From: a virus
Lineage: Duplodnaviria; Caudoviricetes
Reading direction: 5' to 3' (one strand)
Length of the DNA: 64,000 nucleotides
IMG/VR virus record: IMGVR_UViG_3300005611_000001
In this document: positions 1 through 8,891 of the stretch, in pieces
How the letters are laid out: each line of letters opens with the position of its first letter
Numbering within the stretch: the stretch's first letter is position 1
The notes under the pieces: generated by a model
The model's database searches: none
What the model was told of the DNA's origin: nothing
Seen by the model: the letters and a program-made list of their open reading frames with translations, nothing else
Translations under genes and position numbers: made by a program

Positions 1-192
1 TAAAGTTACTATCTTTTTTAGAAGTTTTGTATGTTTCTGAGGCCAGTACCACTTCTTTTGTAGCCTCCAGCCGTCAATAATATCCCCAACAAGATACAAC
101 TTTTCTGGTTGAACAGAGCACAAAAACTCATAGCATTGTTCAGCTTTTGCGTGTCGAGAACCTAAATGAATATCAGAAATAAAAACTATCAT
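1..192 (-). CDS. plcP: PlcP-like / LpxH-family metallophosphoesterase, N-terminal 64 aa only (runs off the window)
   Basis: Not in ORF track. Manual translation from ATG at 192: MIVFISDIHLGSRHAKAEQCYEFLCSVQPEKLYLVGDIIDGWRLQKKWYWPQKHTKLLKKIVTL; DxHLG and LVGDIIDGW..W.WPQ.H motifs as in alphaproteobacterial PlcP. Confidence 0.75.
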   Translation of the reverse strand, partial: MIVFISDIHLGSRHAKAEQCYEFLCSVQPEKLYLVGDIIDGWRLQKKWYWPQKHTKLLKKIVTL

Positions 193-281
193 AAGTAACC
201 TTATAAAATGCTTCTTTCCCTACTCGAGGTTTACTAAGTCCCTGATTTTTTCAAGTATGAATAGGAAAAGAAGCAATACAT

Positions 282-587
282 TTAATCTAATAAAGCGTTT
301 AGAGGATCTTTTATCCATTTTTCAAAAAACTCCGTTTCCCTTCTGTTTTGTTCCAGCAAGTCATCTTCCAGAAGTTCTTTGCGCTGAGGAGGCATTTGTC
401 TTAGTTGTATGAACTCAGCACTCGAAAATAGGGGTTTCTTGCCTGGATAAGTTCCACGGACTTCATAATAATAATTCATTGGGTCTGAGCGAGACCCTTC
501 GGGATCGAGTAGTTCGAGCGACCCCGAGATAGAGCATCCGCCTAGCAACGCAAATCCTAAGAGGTATGCTTTGCTACAGCTTGACAT
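282..587 (-). CDS. hypothetical protein, possible lipoprotein
   Basis: LLGFALLGGC lipobox-like N-terminus; in line with minus-strand block. Confidence 0.5.
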   Translation of the reverse strand: MSSCSKAYLLGFALLGGCSISGSLELLDPEGSRSDPMNYYYEVRGTYPGKKPLFSSAEFIQLRQMPPQRKELLEDDLLEQNRRETEFFEKWIKDPLNALLD

Positions 588-1069
588 AGTTTAATAAAGT
601 ATTTATTATCATAATGTTGTTTCATCATATTAATATGTTTATGAACAACTTGAACATTTCCTTCTACATAACCCTTAGAAGAATCAATTCTATCCAAAGA
701 TACTGTAATATTATTAACAGGAATACCTTCCCAGTCAATTGGCACGCCTGAAAGAGCGCAGCAGCAATTATTCTTTTCCCATAACTCTTGCACATATTCT
801 GGAGTTATAGAGAACTCTAATCCTCTGGTTTCTGCGCCTACCTTAAACTTATTAAAGTGGGATATTCTAACCTTACCTACAAAACCTCTATGGCAGTTCT
901 CAGTTTTTCTATTAGAACACTTTTTGCAGGTTTTTCCTAGCCGAAAAGATTCAATGGCATAATTTCTTCTTAGGTAATCTTGCATTTCTCCGCATTCTGG
1001 GCACGGCTTACACCATCTTCCATCTTCTCTTTGAAAAACTTCAGGCGGTAATTCTAGTGCTTTTGGCAT
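557..1069 (-). CDS. HNH-family endonuclease with N-terminal CxxC pairs
   Basis: SLDRIDSSKGYVEGNVQVVHKHIN motif; CPEC/CKKC. Confidence 0.75.
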   Translation of the reverse strand: MPKALELPPEVFQREDGRWCKPCPECGEMQDYLRRNYAIESFRLGKTCKKCSNRKTENCHRGFVGKVRISHFNKFKVGAETRGLEFSITPEYVQELWEKNNCCCALSGVPIDWEGIPVNNITVSLDRIDSSKGYVEGNVQVVHKHINMMKQHYDNKYFIKLCQAVAKHTS

Positions 1070-1116
1070 ATTTAGTCTCCTTTTTTATGCTATTTTGATT
1101 AATTTACCACTTTACC

Positions 1117-1145
1117 ATAATAGCACAATAGACTAAAAATGTCAA
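1117..1145 (-). promoter_or_regulatory. sigma70-type promoter for HNH gene
   Basis: TTGACA-17-TATTAT on minus strand with A-rich upstream element. Confidence 0.7.
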
Positions 1146-1189
1146 AGAATATTTTTGCTTAGTTAGTAATAAAAACCTATACAGCGGGG

Positions 1190-1480
1190 CTACCATTTAA
1201 TTTTGTTGGCCCACCAGGCTGCACTCATTTTGCCCTTTGCGATATTTCTGGCATGCCGAGCTTTGAAAGAGGCGCGCTTCTTTTTCATTGCTTCGCTTTC
1301 GCCTTTCTTAGGCTTGCCTGCTGTTTTTGCGCCTTGCTGACCGAATCGAATGGTTTTTACCTTGCTACCCACCTTTGCAACCACAATGTGAGATTTTTTG
1401 GGATGGCTGGGAGTGCGCTTCGGCTTGTTGTAGCCTTTTACGCCTGCTCGCTTCAATCTGGAGTCTGCTTTACGAGGCAT
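1190..1480 (-). CDS. small highly basic conserved phage protein
   Basis: 96 aa K/R-rich; IRFGQQG...SFKARH...SAAWWANKIKW family motif. Confidence 0.75.
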   Translation of the reverse strand: MPRKADSRLKRAGVKGYNKPKRTPSHPKKSHIVVAKVGSKVKTIRFGQQGAKTAGKPKKGESEAMKKKRASFKARHARNIAKGKMSAAWWANKIKW

Positions 1481-1734
1481 TATCTTCTCAATTTTGCTCT
1501 ATTTGTACGTTTGTTGTACTTATAGGCCCTTGCAGGACGTCCAGAGGCTTTTGCAGCCCTTGCTTTTGCTCTCTGGCCTGGAGTCATTGCGTTTCTTCGT
1601 CGTCCTTTTGCAGTAAGTTTAGTACCTTTGAGTAATCCAGCTTTATTTAAAAGGCCATACGCGGCAGTTTTGGGGTTCTTGACCCCCTTTCCGCGCAGCT
1701 GGCGCATAAGGCGAGTTACAATTTTAGCGGGCAC
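1480..1734 (-). CDS. small highly basic protein
   Basis: 84 aa, K/R-rich, no acidic residues; GTG start coupled to neighbours. Confidence 0.7.
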   Translation of the reverse strand: MPAKIVTRLMRQLRGKGVKNPKTAAYGLLNKAGLLKGTKLTAKGRRRNAMTPGQRAKARAAKASGRPARAYKYNKRTNRAKLRR

Positions 1735-1870
1735 GCTTCTTTCTTTTCATAATTGCTCGCTGAAGAGCCATCGGCAGCTTTTTCTGCTTTGCTGTCAAGC
1801 CCATAGACTTCTTGCCGCCTTTCCGCTTTTTGCCGCCCATCGGCTTTTTGTTACCATAATGTCCTGGCAT
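1724..1870 (-). CDS. 48-aa highly basic protein
   Basis: Not in ORF track: MPGHYGNKKPMGGKKRKGGKKSMGLTAKQKKLPMALQRAIMKRKKRAR, RBS GGAG upstream. Confidence 0.7.
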   Translation of the reverse strand: MPGHYGNKKPMGGKKRKGGKKSMGLTAKQKKLPMALQRAIMKRKKRAR

Positions 1871-1880
1871 TTACTTTCTC

Positions 1881-2603
1881 CTAAGCTCCGTCGACGAGAA
1901 TAATGTCGAACGCACAAGTAACTTTAAAGTTATTATTTGCTGTAGTAAAGCGAATGTCAATATCCGATTTTTCTGAAATTCTTAAAGGTACGGGAAAGTC
2001 ATAACGATAAGAGTTATCATATAGTTCTGCTATATGAGCGACTCGAAAACCTCCTTCTCCGAAAATTCGAGCCATCATCGTAATTTGCCCGTCGCCGCCC
2101 TTGGAAATGGAAGAGTCTCCGCAAAGAAGATACCCCGTCTTGCCTGCGGGAACTGTATAAACTCCCATAAGACTTTGCCCTCGTCCAGCAGCAATCTGTG
2201 CTACGACGGTTGCTCCGATGCTGGCATTTACAGTTCCTGCTACTCCCCCATTTGAAGTTCCGTACATACGAAAGACTCGAATAAAACTATTTTGAGTAGT
2301 AGCATTCGTGGGGGTACCGTCAGCCGCAGTAAGAACTACAACTTCTCGAAGAGGATTATAGTTTGCATCGAGACCTTCAATTGCTACGCTCTCTCCAGTA
2401 TCGTCATCCGTAGAAGAAATTACATCCAACGCAGTAGCGGTAGCTAAAGTTCCCCAAGGATAAATACCCCCAACCGTCCAAAGAGTCTCCGTTCCTTGAT
2501 CACAGTCAAAATTTGCACCAAACTTATGAATAATACTTGCACCAGGAACGAGCCCTCTTGCAATGTTGAGATAATTCCACTCTACAAAACTATTTCTTGA
2601 CAC
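1881..2603 (-). CDS. conserved beta-rich phage protein (possible virion component)
   Basis: HKFGANFD...ETLWTVGGIYPW motif; GTG start at 2603 preceded by GGAGA. Confidence 0.65.
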   Translation of the reverse strand: MSRNSFVEWNYLNIARGLVPGASIIHKFGANFDCDQGTETLWTVGGIYPWGTLATATALDVISSTDDDTGESVAIEGLDANYNPLREVVVLTAADGTPTNATTQNSFIRVFRMYGTSNGGVAGTVNASIGATVVAQIAAGRGQSLMGVYTVPAGKTGYLLCGDSSISKGGDGQITMMARIFGEGGFRVAHIAELYDNSYRYDFPVPLRISEKSDIDIRFTTANNNFKVTCAFDIILVDGA

Positions 2604-3183
2604 CTGAATCTCCGTATTCAAACATTTCCAGGTCTTTGGCAAATTTCTCTGCAACCTTCAAAGCGGTTTGTATGCTATAATACTCTCGCCAAGGGCGATG
2701 AGTAGAAGAGTTAATAAGTTTTAACTTTGGAAGACCAAACCATTTCATCATATTCTCCCAGTCTTGTTCTAGTGTCTCAAACTTAATGAGATAATCCCAG
2801 CAGGGAATATGAAGATGCATTGGCCTAAAATGAATATTGTGTTCCTCAAAAGGGAGTTCACACACTCGATCAATAAATTCATCAAAAGGCATCTTTGCGT
2901 AAAAACCCTTCGTGTCTGTGATACTGCTTTTACCGCCTTCCCAGAGTTTTTGTTTCCAGCAAGACACTAAGCGATCATAAGGATTTCTTACGCAAGCTAC
3001 CTTAAAAAGAGGGCTGAAAGGAATCTCTTCAAGAGGGACTCTTTTCCAGCCTCCATGTAGCTTGTCTGGGTGAGTACTTCCGCCTGCCCACTCACGAATA
3101 GCTGTTTTCATAGCGCTATTCGCAGCTTTCGGCGTAAACATCAAAAGAAACTTATTTTCTGCGACGAGGTTTAAATCCGCCAT
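2590..3183 (-). CDS. PAPS-dependent sulfotransferase (Sulfotransfer_2-like)
   Basis: FTPKAANS (5'-PSB-like) and VRNPYDRLVS (3'-PB) motifs. Confidence 0.8.
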   Translation of the reverse strand: MADLNLVAENKFLLMFTPKAANSAMKTAIREWAGGSTHPDKLHGGWKRVPLEEIPFSPLFKVACVRNPYDRLVSCWKQKLWEGGKSSITDTKGFYAKMPFDEFIDRVCELPFEEHNIHFRPMHLHIPCWDYLIKFETLEQDWENMMKWFGLPKLKLINSSTHRPWREYYSIQTALKVAEKFAKDLEMFEYGDSGVKK

Positions 3184-3275
3184 ATTCAATTGCTCTTAGT
3201 AGACGAACCATTTTACCTGCACTGCTTTTAGATTTGGCTGTCGCTATTTTCTTTCCGGTTTTCTTGTAAACGGTC

Positions 3276-3671
3276 TTACCTCTTACGACGTAGGGCATCT
3301 TTTAATTCCAATACTAAAGACCAGAAAAGTTTTCCGATGAGTATGAAACGAGGGTAGACCCCTTTAAAATCATGAAGTTTCATTTCTGGAACTAGAGCTC
3401 GATAAAAGTTATCGATGTATTTACCTTGGACTTCAAGAACCGCGTGACCTCGGCCTTTCTTAGTAGTAACGTACCACATTTTGTAGTACCCGGTCATCCA
3501 ACGCCAAAAGAAAGTTTTCCAGCTTCCAGAGTGCAGATAAGAAATTGTAAGAGCATAGTCCTCACAATCTCCTTGCATATCGGAACCCATTACTTCCCAG
3601 CGATCAATACCTTCGTCTTTTTTATATTTAAACTTAGCGTTTACTGCGTCGATTGCGTCTTGAAGTTCCAA
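3276..3671 (-). CDS. transglutaminase-like cysteine protease (BTLCP/C93-like)
   Basis: GDCEDYA and GHAVL catalytic motifs. Confidence 0.75.
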   Translation of the reverse strand: MELQDAIDAVNAKFKYKKDEGIDRWEVMGSDMQGDCEDYALTISYLHSGSWKTFFWRWMTGYYKMWYVTTKKGRGHAVLEVQGKYIDNFYRALVPEMKLHDFKGVYPRFILIGKLFWSLVLELKDALRRKR

Positions 3672-3849
3672 GCCTCACCCTTTCATTTACCAGCGCTTGA
3701 GGAATGCGTTTTCCCTCTTTATATAATTTGGCAATTCTTTTAATTACAGACGCAAGGCGAACTCGTTCTCCGCCCTTTACTCCGCTAAGATACTTCTTCG
3801 GAATTTTACTTTTTGCGTCTTTTGGTACGCGTCTTCTTTTTTGCGGCAC
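3634..3849 (-). CDS. small highly basic protein
   Basis: 71 aa K/R-rich, overlaps neighbours in operon fashion. Confidence 0.65.
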   Translation of the reverse strand: MPQKRRRVPKDAKSKIPKKYLSGVKGGERVRLASVIKRIAKLYKEGKRIPQALVNERVRLGTSRRNRRSKR

Positions 3850-4075
3850 TTTTGTTTCTCGTACGACGAATATCGGTGTCGTGCTTGCGAGAACCTCGCA
3901 AAAACGAATTCACACGAGCATAGGCCCATCTCTGCATTGTCATGCCTGGACGAGACCCACTCGAAAGAAAGGCACCTTGCCCACGACTATATACTTTTAC
4001 AAGATCTCCGGTCGTAAACTTGGTGCCCTTTGCTTTTTGTGCGAGTGTCTTTCGTACAGTCGCGGAAACAGCCAA
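3806..4075 (-). CDS. basic conserved phage protein (DUF5824-like)
   Basis: LVKVYSRGQGAF..GSRPG...WAYARVNSF motif; basic C-terminal tail. Confidence 0.7.
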   Translation of the reverse strand: MAVSATVRKTLAQKAKGTKFTTGDLVKVYSRGQGAFLSSGSRPGMTMQRWAYARVNSFLRGSRKHDTDIRRTRNKSAAKKKTRTKRRKK

Positions 4076-4360
4076 TTAGCCTCTCCGAACCATCCGAGTA
4101 CGACGGCGACGGCGAGCAGGTGCAGCACCGATGCCCCGTACAGAAGTTTTAAAGCTGCCGGTCCGGGGGGTCGCTGCTTTCGTCGTCCGAGTGTTCCGAC
4201 GCACTGCTGTCGAGCCCGTCGAGGCCACTGAGGTCACTTGCGTCCCCGCTGCTCGGTTCATCTCCCGAGAGAGGCCCCGACCCTGCGTGTGCTTCGGTAG
4301 TTTCAGAGAGACGTGCGGACGAGGAACCCCCGTCAGAACTCCGCCTGTTCGTGTTGCCAT
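4076..4360 (-). CDS. small Arg/Thr-rich basic protein
   Basis: 94 aa, AGGAG RBS, ends ARRRRRTRMVRRG. Confidence 0.65.
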   Translation of the reverse strand: MATRTGGVLTGVPRPHVSLKLPKHTQGRGLSREMNRAAGTQVTSVASTGSTAVRRNTRTTKAATPRTGSFKTSVRGIGAAPARRRRRTRMVRRG

Positions 4361-4450
4361 TGTATTCTCCTAAAAAGGCTTCAGCCTCTTTCTTTGTAGG
4401 AAATCTATATAGGCGGTCAGTGCGAACGCGCCAGTATCCTCTACGATAAA

Positions 4451-4654
4451 TCATTGTTTCACCAGTATTTCGAGTTGTGCATGAACTCTAGCAACATCGA
4501 CTTGAAGCTGGTTTACTTTTTCAAGCATTACTTCTTGCTTGTTGAGAGCTTCTTCATGAGCCTCTACTTTTTCGGAAAGTGCAGAAGCCCACCAAATTAC
4601 AGCAGCAAACTCAAGAGTAAAGCCCAGAAGTAGGCTAAGACTTAGTTTCTCCAT
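4451..4654 (-). CDS. membrane-anchored coiled-coil protein
   Basis: N-terminal hydrophobic helix then heptad-like tail. Confidence 0.6.
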   Translation of the reverse strand: MEKLSLSLLLGFTLEFAAVIWWASALSEKVEAHEEALNKQEVMLEKVNQLQVDVARVHAQLEILVKQ

Positions 4655-4661
4655 GAAGTAA

Positions 4662-5297
4662 TTACCCTACAACAAACTTGTTGCTCTTAGCCAAATTTTC
4701 CTTGGCGGGAAGGTATTGTAAGTTACTCAAAACATGAAGACCGCTCACTAGAGGGTTCTGTAGCGGAACGATGTGGTCTACATGGTGTCCCTTCGGGCAG
4801 TTAGCGTAAAAGAGACGTATTTGTTCTTCTTGAGAAGGAATCACCATTCTATTCAACAAGATTGCTTTTCTTTTTGACGCATGGTGTTTTGATACTTCTG
4901 GATGTCTTTTATAGTACTTTTTTGACCTTTCATTGTCGCACTTAGAGCACCAAATACTAAGACCGTTAGACGTAGAGCTCCAGTTACCGAAAGCGTTGTT
5001 TTCTTTGTATTTATTACAGCTTCCACAATATTTGAAATCGCTCAAGTCTAAAAAATAAGTTTTCCAGCTTTTTCCTTTTTCTTTGTTTGCATCGGGGAAA
5101 GTTTTGTTAGTTATTCTTGAAACTGTGTCTTTATTAACATACAGCTTTTTTGATATACTTTCAATATCCCCTTCGTTTAAGTACAAAGAAACTAACTCGT
5201 ATAAAGTGACTTCGGGGCTCTTTCCGCGTTTTCTTTTTACAACCTCTTTTCCAGAACGGCTTAGACAGGTTAAAATATTATTTATTACTTGATTCAT
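4662..5297 (-). CDS. HNH homing-type endonuclease
   Basis: [35 protein letters not shown] motif; CxxC pairs. Confidence 0.85.
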   Translation of the reverse strand: MNQVINNILTCLSRSGKEVVKRKRGKSPEVTLYELVSLYLNEGDIESISKKLYVNKDTVSRITNKTFPDANKEKGKSWKTYFLDLSDFKYCGSCNKYKENNAFGNWSSTSNGLSIWCSKCDNERSKKYYKRHPEVSKHHASKRKAILLNRMVIPSQEEQIRLFYANCPKGHHVDHIVPLQNPLVSGLHVLSNLQYLPAKENLAKSNKFVVG

Positions 5298-5733
5298 CTA
5301 TACCACCCAGCAATTTTGTCATAAGTTTGCCGTAGTTGCCTTGCCCAAATGGAGTTTCATTTATCTGGACATTTGTCTGATTTTTAATCGTTGTTTGCTG
5401 TTGCTGAGCCTTTAGCTCATCCATTCTCATCTTGTGCGCAAGTTGAATGAGGTCCACAAGGTCTTTGCTGGTATACATATCCGATTCTTGCGCTTCTTCA
5501 AACTTTTTCTCAATAATCTCATCCAGAAGGCTACCTAAACGAAAACGATTGCGATAGCCTAGGTCAAGATAAACTTGATCAATATAAGAACGCACTTCTC
5601 GACGATCAAGAATCTCAGCAGCCTTATCTGGAGAGATCGCCAGAGAGGACGCCGCCTCTTTTAGCGATCCAAACGACAGATAAGCGTTGGCCAGCTCGAG
5701 ACCTTCTGGAGAGATCGTCGGGAGTTTATTCAT
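5278..5733 (-). CDS. terS: terminase small subunit, T5 type
   Basis: [12 protein letters not shown]...[19 protein letters not shown]...[13 protein letters not shown]...NQTNVQIN...NYGKLM matches my recollection of T5 TerS throughout. Confidence 0.85.
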   Translation of the reverse strand: MNKLPTISPEGLELANAYLSFGSLKEAASSLAISPDKAAEILDRREVRSYIDQVYLDLGYRNRFRLGSLLDEIIEKKFEEAQESDMYTSKDLVDLIQLAHKMRMDELKAQQQQTTIKNQTNVQINETPFGQGNYGKLMTKLLGGIDESSNK

Positions 5734-6041
5734 TACCAGGGCAGACCTGTTGCAGTCTTGGGAGCTTTTTGCTCTTCGATTTGTGCGGCGAGAGAGGTCT
5801 CTGTTGCTTCTTTGTCAATGGTCTGGAAGCACCAGTCGAGAACATCACTTTCAGTAAGGCTTTCAAAAGCAACAAAGCCATCAGCATCTGCATCGGGAGT
5901 GAATCCACAGGTACCGTAGGAAGAAGCATAAAACTTATCTTCGCCTACAGTTTCTGTTGCGTCTACACGCCAATGGGCTACGGTGACTCCACCGTCTGCG
6001 GTATTTCTTTCAAGCTGAGCGATGCTCCAGGTAACTTCCAT
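5733..6041 (-). CDS. conserved acidic phage protein of the type usually found next to tail-fibre genes
   Basis: TWSIAQLER...VAHWRV...LTESDVLDW...GLPW. Confidence 0.7.
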   Translation of the reverse strand: MEVTWSIAQLERNTADGGVTVAHWRVDATETVGEDKFYASSYGTCGFTPDADADGFVAFESLTESDVLDWCFQTIDKEATETSLAAQIEEQKAPKTATGLPW

Positions 6042-6085
6042 TTCTTATCTCCAAAAAATCGAATTAAAATTCGGTTATGTTGTAT

Positions 6086-6114
6086 ATTGTAATCTGTTGT
6101 GTGGCCTAGGTCAA
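6086..6114 (-). promoter_or_regulatory. sigma70-type promoter for the terS block
   Basis: TTGACC-17-TACAAT, A-tract upstream. Confidence 0.7.
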
Positions 6115-6142
6115 GTGATATTTTTTAGAACCTTCGGCCGAA

Positions 6143-6340
6143 CTATAATACTTTTGCTCTTGCCCACGCATTACACTGATGAATGGCAGATACTCTTATC
6201 ATTGGTGAGGGAACAGCACGATTGCTAAAAGAATTCATGCACTGTTCCCGTAAATGACGAACTTGAGCGAGTTGTGCTTCTTCCACTATTGAAGTCGAAG
6301 CACACCCGCCGAGAAGAAATATAATTAAATACTTAGCCAT
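6143..6340 (-). CDS. small lipoprotein
   Basis: MAKYLIIFLLGGC lipobox. Confidence 0.65.
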   Translation of the reverse strand: MAKYLIIFLLGGCASTSIVEEAQLAQVRHLREQCMNSFSNRAVPSPMIRVSAIHQCNAWARAKVL

Positions 6341-6872
6341 CTGACAAAGGATTATCCAGCGCTTTTTGTAGGGTATCTCTTAAATCTTCGTCTAGCTTTT
6401 GCATCTTCATATCAATACGATCTTCTACTTCTCGCATTGTATTTCTAACATCTTTTTCTGACTCTCGAGAAAGGTCAGATACTTGTCGTAGTCGAGAATC
6501 AATCTCGTCTTGTACATCTTTCATTCGCTTGCTTGTATCTTCTGTCACTCTTTCTACTCGAAGAATGTCGTCTCTGAGACTATTCTTAATATCTCTTGTA
6601 TAATCAATTGCATCATCAAGTTTACGCTCAATTGCAACATTGCGAGCTTCTACAGCTTCGATGTCAAGTACCTCTAGCTTTTCTGCCATTTCCTGAAAAG
6701 CCTTATAGGACTCGAAACCTGCGTAAAGTGTTCCTAGCAGAGAGCCAAGAAGTGCAAATGCTGCTCCAATCGTGGTAGGCGTCATCGAAATACCTGCCAC
6801 TGTAAATTTTGTGTTTTTGAGATTTTCAATCTCTTCTTCGACTTTCTCTACTCCGTCCCCCAGATCAGCCAT
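6333..6872 (-). CDS. membrane-anchored long coiled-coil protein
   Basis: TM segment IGAAFALLGSLLGTLYAGF followed by ~120 aa charged heptads. Confidence 0.7.
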   Translation of the reverse strand: MADLGDGVEKVEEEIENLKNTKFTVAGISMTPTTIGAAFALLGSLLGTLYAGFESYKAFQEMAEKLEVLDIEAVEARNVAIERKLDDAIDYTRDIKNSLRDDILRVERVTEDTSKRMKDVQDEIDSRLRQVSDLSRESEKDVRNTMREVEDRIDMKMQKLDEDLRDTLQKALDNPLSDG

Positions 6873-6874
6873 AT

Positions 6875-7297
6875 TTAGTTCTCAAACTTGAGGTTATTGA
6901 GGGCGTTTATTTCCGCTCTCAACTTCTGCACCTCCAATCGTCGTCTTTCCAGCTCTAACTGGTAAAGAGTATTACAATTTAATCTCTCTGCGGGTGCTCC
7001 AATCGGTATCGTTATCTTGCCGTACACACCCACATCTTTCATCTGGTCATTTGTAATTACAGGATCCACAAAAGTGTTTCCAAGTTGATTTCCCTGATTA
7101 ATAATACCCACTACTCCAAACTCAACATTCGTCGCGGACCCAATGGCACTAGAGCAATCTAAGTCGCCCGCTCGAAATCTATCTGTTTGAAAACTTTGCT
7201 GAGTCTGAGGAATTGCAAGGTTCAAAGAACTTGTCTGTGCAAATACGCTCAAAGGTAGCAAAAAAAGTATTAATCTTTTCATTTTACCTTGGAACAA
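6875..7297 (-). CDS. exported protein, Cys-flanked beta-hairpin plus C-terminal coiled coil
   Basis: Signal peptide MKRLILFLLPLSVFA; DLDC...RLNC. Confidence 0.7.
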   Translation of the reverse strand: MFQGKMKRLILFLLPLSVFAQTSSLNLAIPQTQQSFQTDRFRAGDLDCSSAIGSATNVEFGVVGIINQGNQLGNTFVDPVITNDQMKDVGVYGKITIPIGAPAERLNCNTLYQLELERRRLEVQKLRAEINALNNLKFEN

Positions 7298-7716
7298 ATT
7301 TTAGAAGAAATTACAGTACCTTTTACCCCGCGCAGAATCTTGGACATTGAGCAAATATACATTACACGCGTCGAGTCAATCTCTCTTATATAAATGTCAA
7401 TCTTACGTCGACCTAGATGCGGTATTTTTACAATTCGTTCTGCTGTTGCAAAAGGTACTGGAAGCCAGTCTGCGTCATAAACATCAAACTGGTAGTATTC
7501 AATCTCTCGTCGACTGTTAAACAGCTCCATACGAGTTTGCAGTATGCCCGGCATGTAAGAGGGCAAAAGCTGCGGATAGGTAGGAGTAAACTGATGTGCG
7601 CTAGCACTCGATGCGATTAAAGCGCAACACACTCCGCATTTACCACGGAGGTATATTCGCCTCCAGGAAACGCCTTGTCCGCACCATAGTCTGCTTGTGA
7701 ACTTACTCCAAACCAT
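7279..7716 (-). CDS. exported beta-rich protein (fimbrial-chaperone-like?); real start probably GTG 7632
   Basis: ASA-HQFTP cleavage site; alternating hydrophobic strands; two C-terminal Cys. Confidence 0.6.
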   Translation of the reverse strand: MVWSKFTSRLWCGQGVSWRRIYLRGKCGVCCALIASSASAHQFTPTYPQLLPSYMPGILQTRMELFNSRREIEYYQFDVYDADWLPVPFATAERIVKIPHLGRRKIDIYIREIDSTRVMYICSMSKILRGVKGTVISSKICSKVK

Positions 7717-8108
7717 ACTGTACCTGCTACTGTGAGATCAAATTCTGACACATTGTTGTATGTACGCTTATTCGTGTCATAGTCCGCCTGAAGAGGATCT
7801 GTAACTTCTGCAACGCTCACCGACCCCGTCCAGTTTACAACGTCACTCAACGCGGGGCTGGAAGAAAACACTTCGGGTGTGGAAATCACAGCCTTGTAGA
7901 AGTTCGCACTGATTACATCAAACCGAATCACCGGCTCCACACCTCCGTCTGCCGCAGCAGTGCTCAAGCGACTCGGAGTCGGGTTGCCATACACGCCGGG
8001 AGTATCTGTTACAATTACACACTTGGAAGCAACCGTTCCCATAATGGGGGTGTCTTCCGCTAGCACAGGCCCCGCCAAGAAAGCGATTGCCAAAGCCAAC
8101 TTTTTCAT
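7617..8108 (-). CDS. exported pilin-like (Csu/spore-coat-U-like) protein
   Basis: Signal peptide, N-terminal GTVASKC, C-terminal PGGEYTSVVNAEC resembling chaperone-usher pilin ends. Confidence 0.55.
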   Translation of the reverse strand: MKKLALAIAFLAGPVLAEDTPIMGTVASKCVIVTDTPGVYGNPTPSRLSTAAADGGVEPVIRFDVISANFYKAVISTPEVFSSSPALSDVVNWTGSVSVAEVTDPLQADYDTNKRTYNNVSEFDLTVAGTVWFGVSSQADYGADKAFPGGEYTSVVNAECVAL

Positions 8109-8891
8109 TTATTTCTCCTCATACTGTGCGTTTACCATTTCATCATGTAAACGCTGTTGGGCAAAGTTCATTCTACGTCCTTGCCTATTATCAGAAATGT
8201 CCTTCCCAGGAAGAAAAGAGTCTTGTATTGATCCACCCGGCATCGCAACGTAGTAGCTCGCTGGAACAATATCGAGTGCAAAAAATTGTGCTGCAAGCTC
8301 CGCTTGAGCAACGGCGTTCGACCCCGCTTCTCTTGTTCTTTCTTTTACCTGCATCTGGCGGCGCTCGAGATCCTCTTGATTCTGATCTCGTAGAGCGTCC
8401 AGAGTATACTCAACCGAAGGAATCTCTACCGAAGGCGCTGGAGGAATATAGTTAGGACATCCAAGAGTCGGCTCAGCGCAGGAATCGTACTGATAGGTAT
8501 AGACGATGTTTTCGTTGAATACAGTTCCCTGGCCTTGTAGGCTCAAAGCACCAGCACCCATAGTCTCCCCTAAAATATTCAGAGGTGCGCCTCTTGTAAT
8601 TGTGTTGCCTGGCAATCCATTCCAGTTATCTGTGAAAGTAAATAGTCGAGAACCGGCTACTGAGTTCTGCTCAATATTGACTTGAAAATCGTCTGCGGGG
8701 TTTTTGCTCACGGCATAACGCCAGGCGATTCCATTTACGACAAGTCCTGTCTCTGGAGGAAGCACATTCTGCATATTCCAGGTTCGGCCGAGCGCGACGA
8801 CATTCGGCGTACTCTCGAAAACCTCAGATTGCGAGTAGCAGTGCGAGGAGGCTAGCAATGCCAATACCACCAAATGCAGTCTTCTTACCAT
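8109..8891 (-). CDS. exported hypothetical protein
   Basis: Signal peptide; beta-rich N-domain ending YDSC...CPNY. Confidence 0.7.
   Translation of the reverse strand: MVRRLHLVVLALLASSHCYSQSEVFESTPNVVALGRTWNMQNVLPPETGLVVNGIAWRYAVSKNPADDFQVNIEQNSVAGSRLFTFTDNWNGLPGNTITRGAPLNILGETMGAGALSLQGQGTVFNENIVYTYQYDSCAEPTLGCPNYIPPAPSVEIPSVEYTLDALRDQNQEDLERRQMQVKERTREAGSNAVAQAELAAQFFALDIVPASYYVAMPGGSIQDSFLPGKDISDNRQGRRMNFAQQRLHDEMVNAQYEEK

Noticed and set aside
4149-4454. 101-aa ORF overlapping the basic protein 4076-4360
   Set aside because: Overlaps ~210 nt of a gene with a strong RBS; only its first ~30 codons might be real, so left uncalled
4662-5733. Group I intron splitting terS around the HNH
   Set aside because: terS looks complete and the HNH follows it; no intron core (P7) recognised. 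thyX also appears uninterrupted
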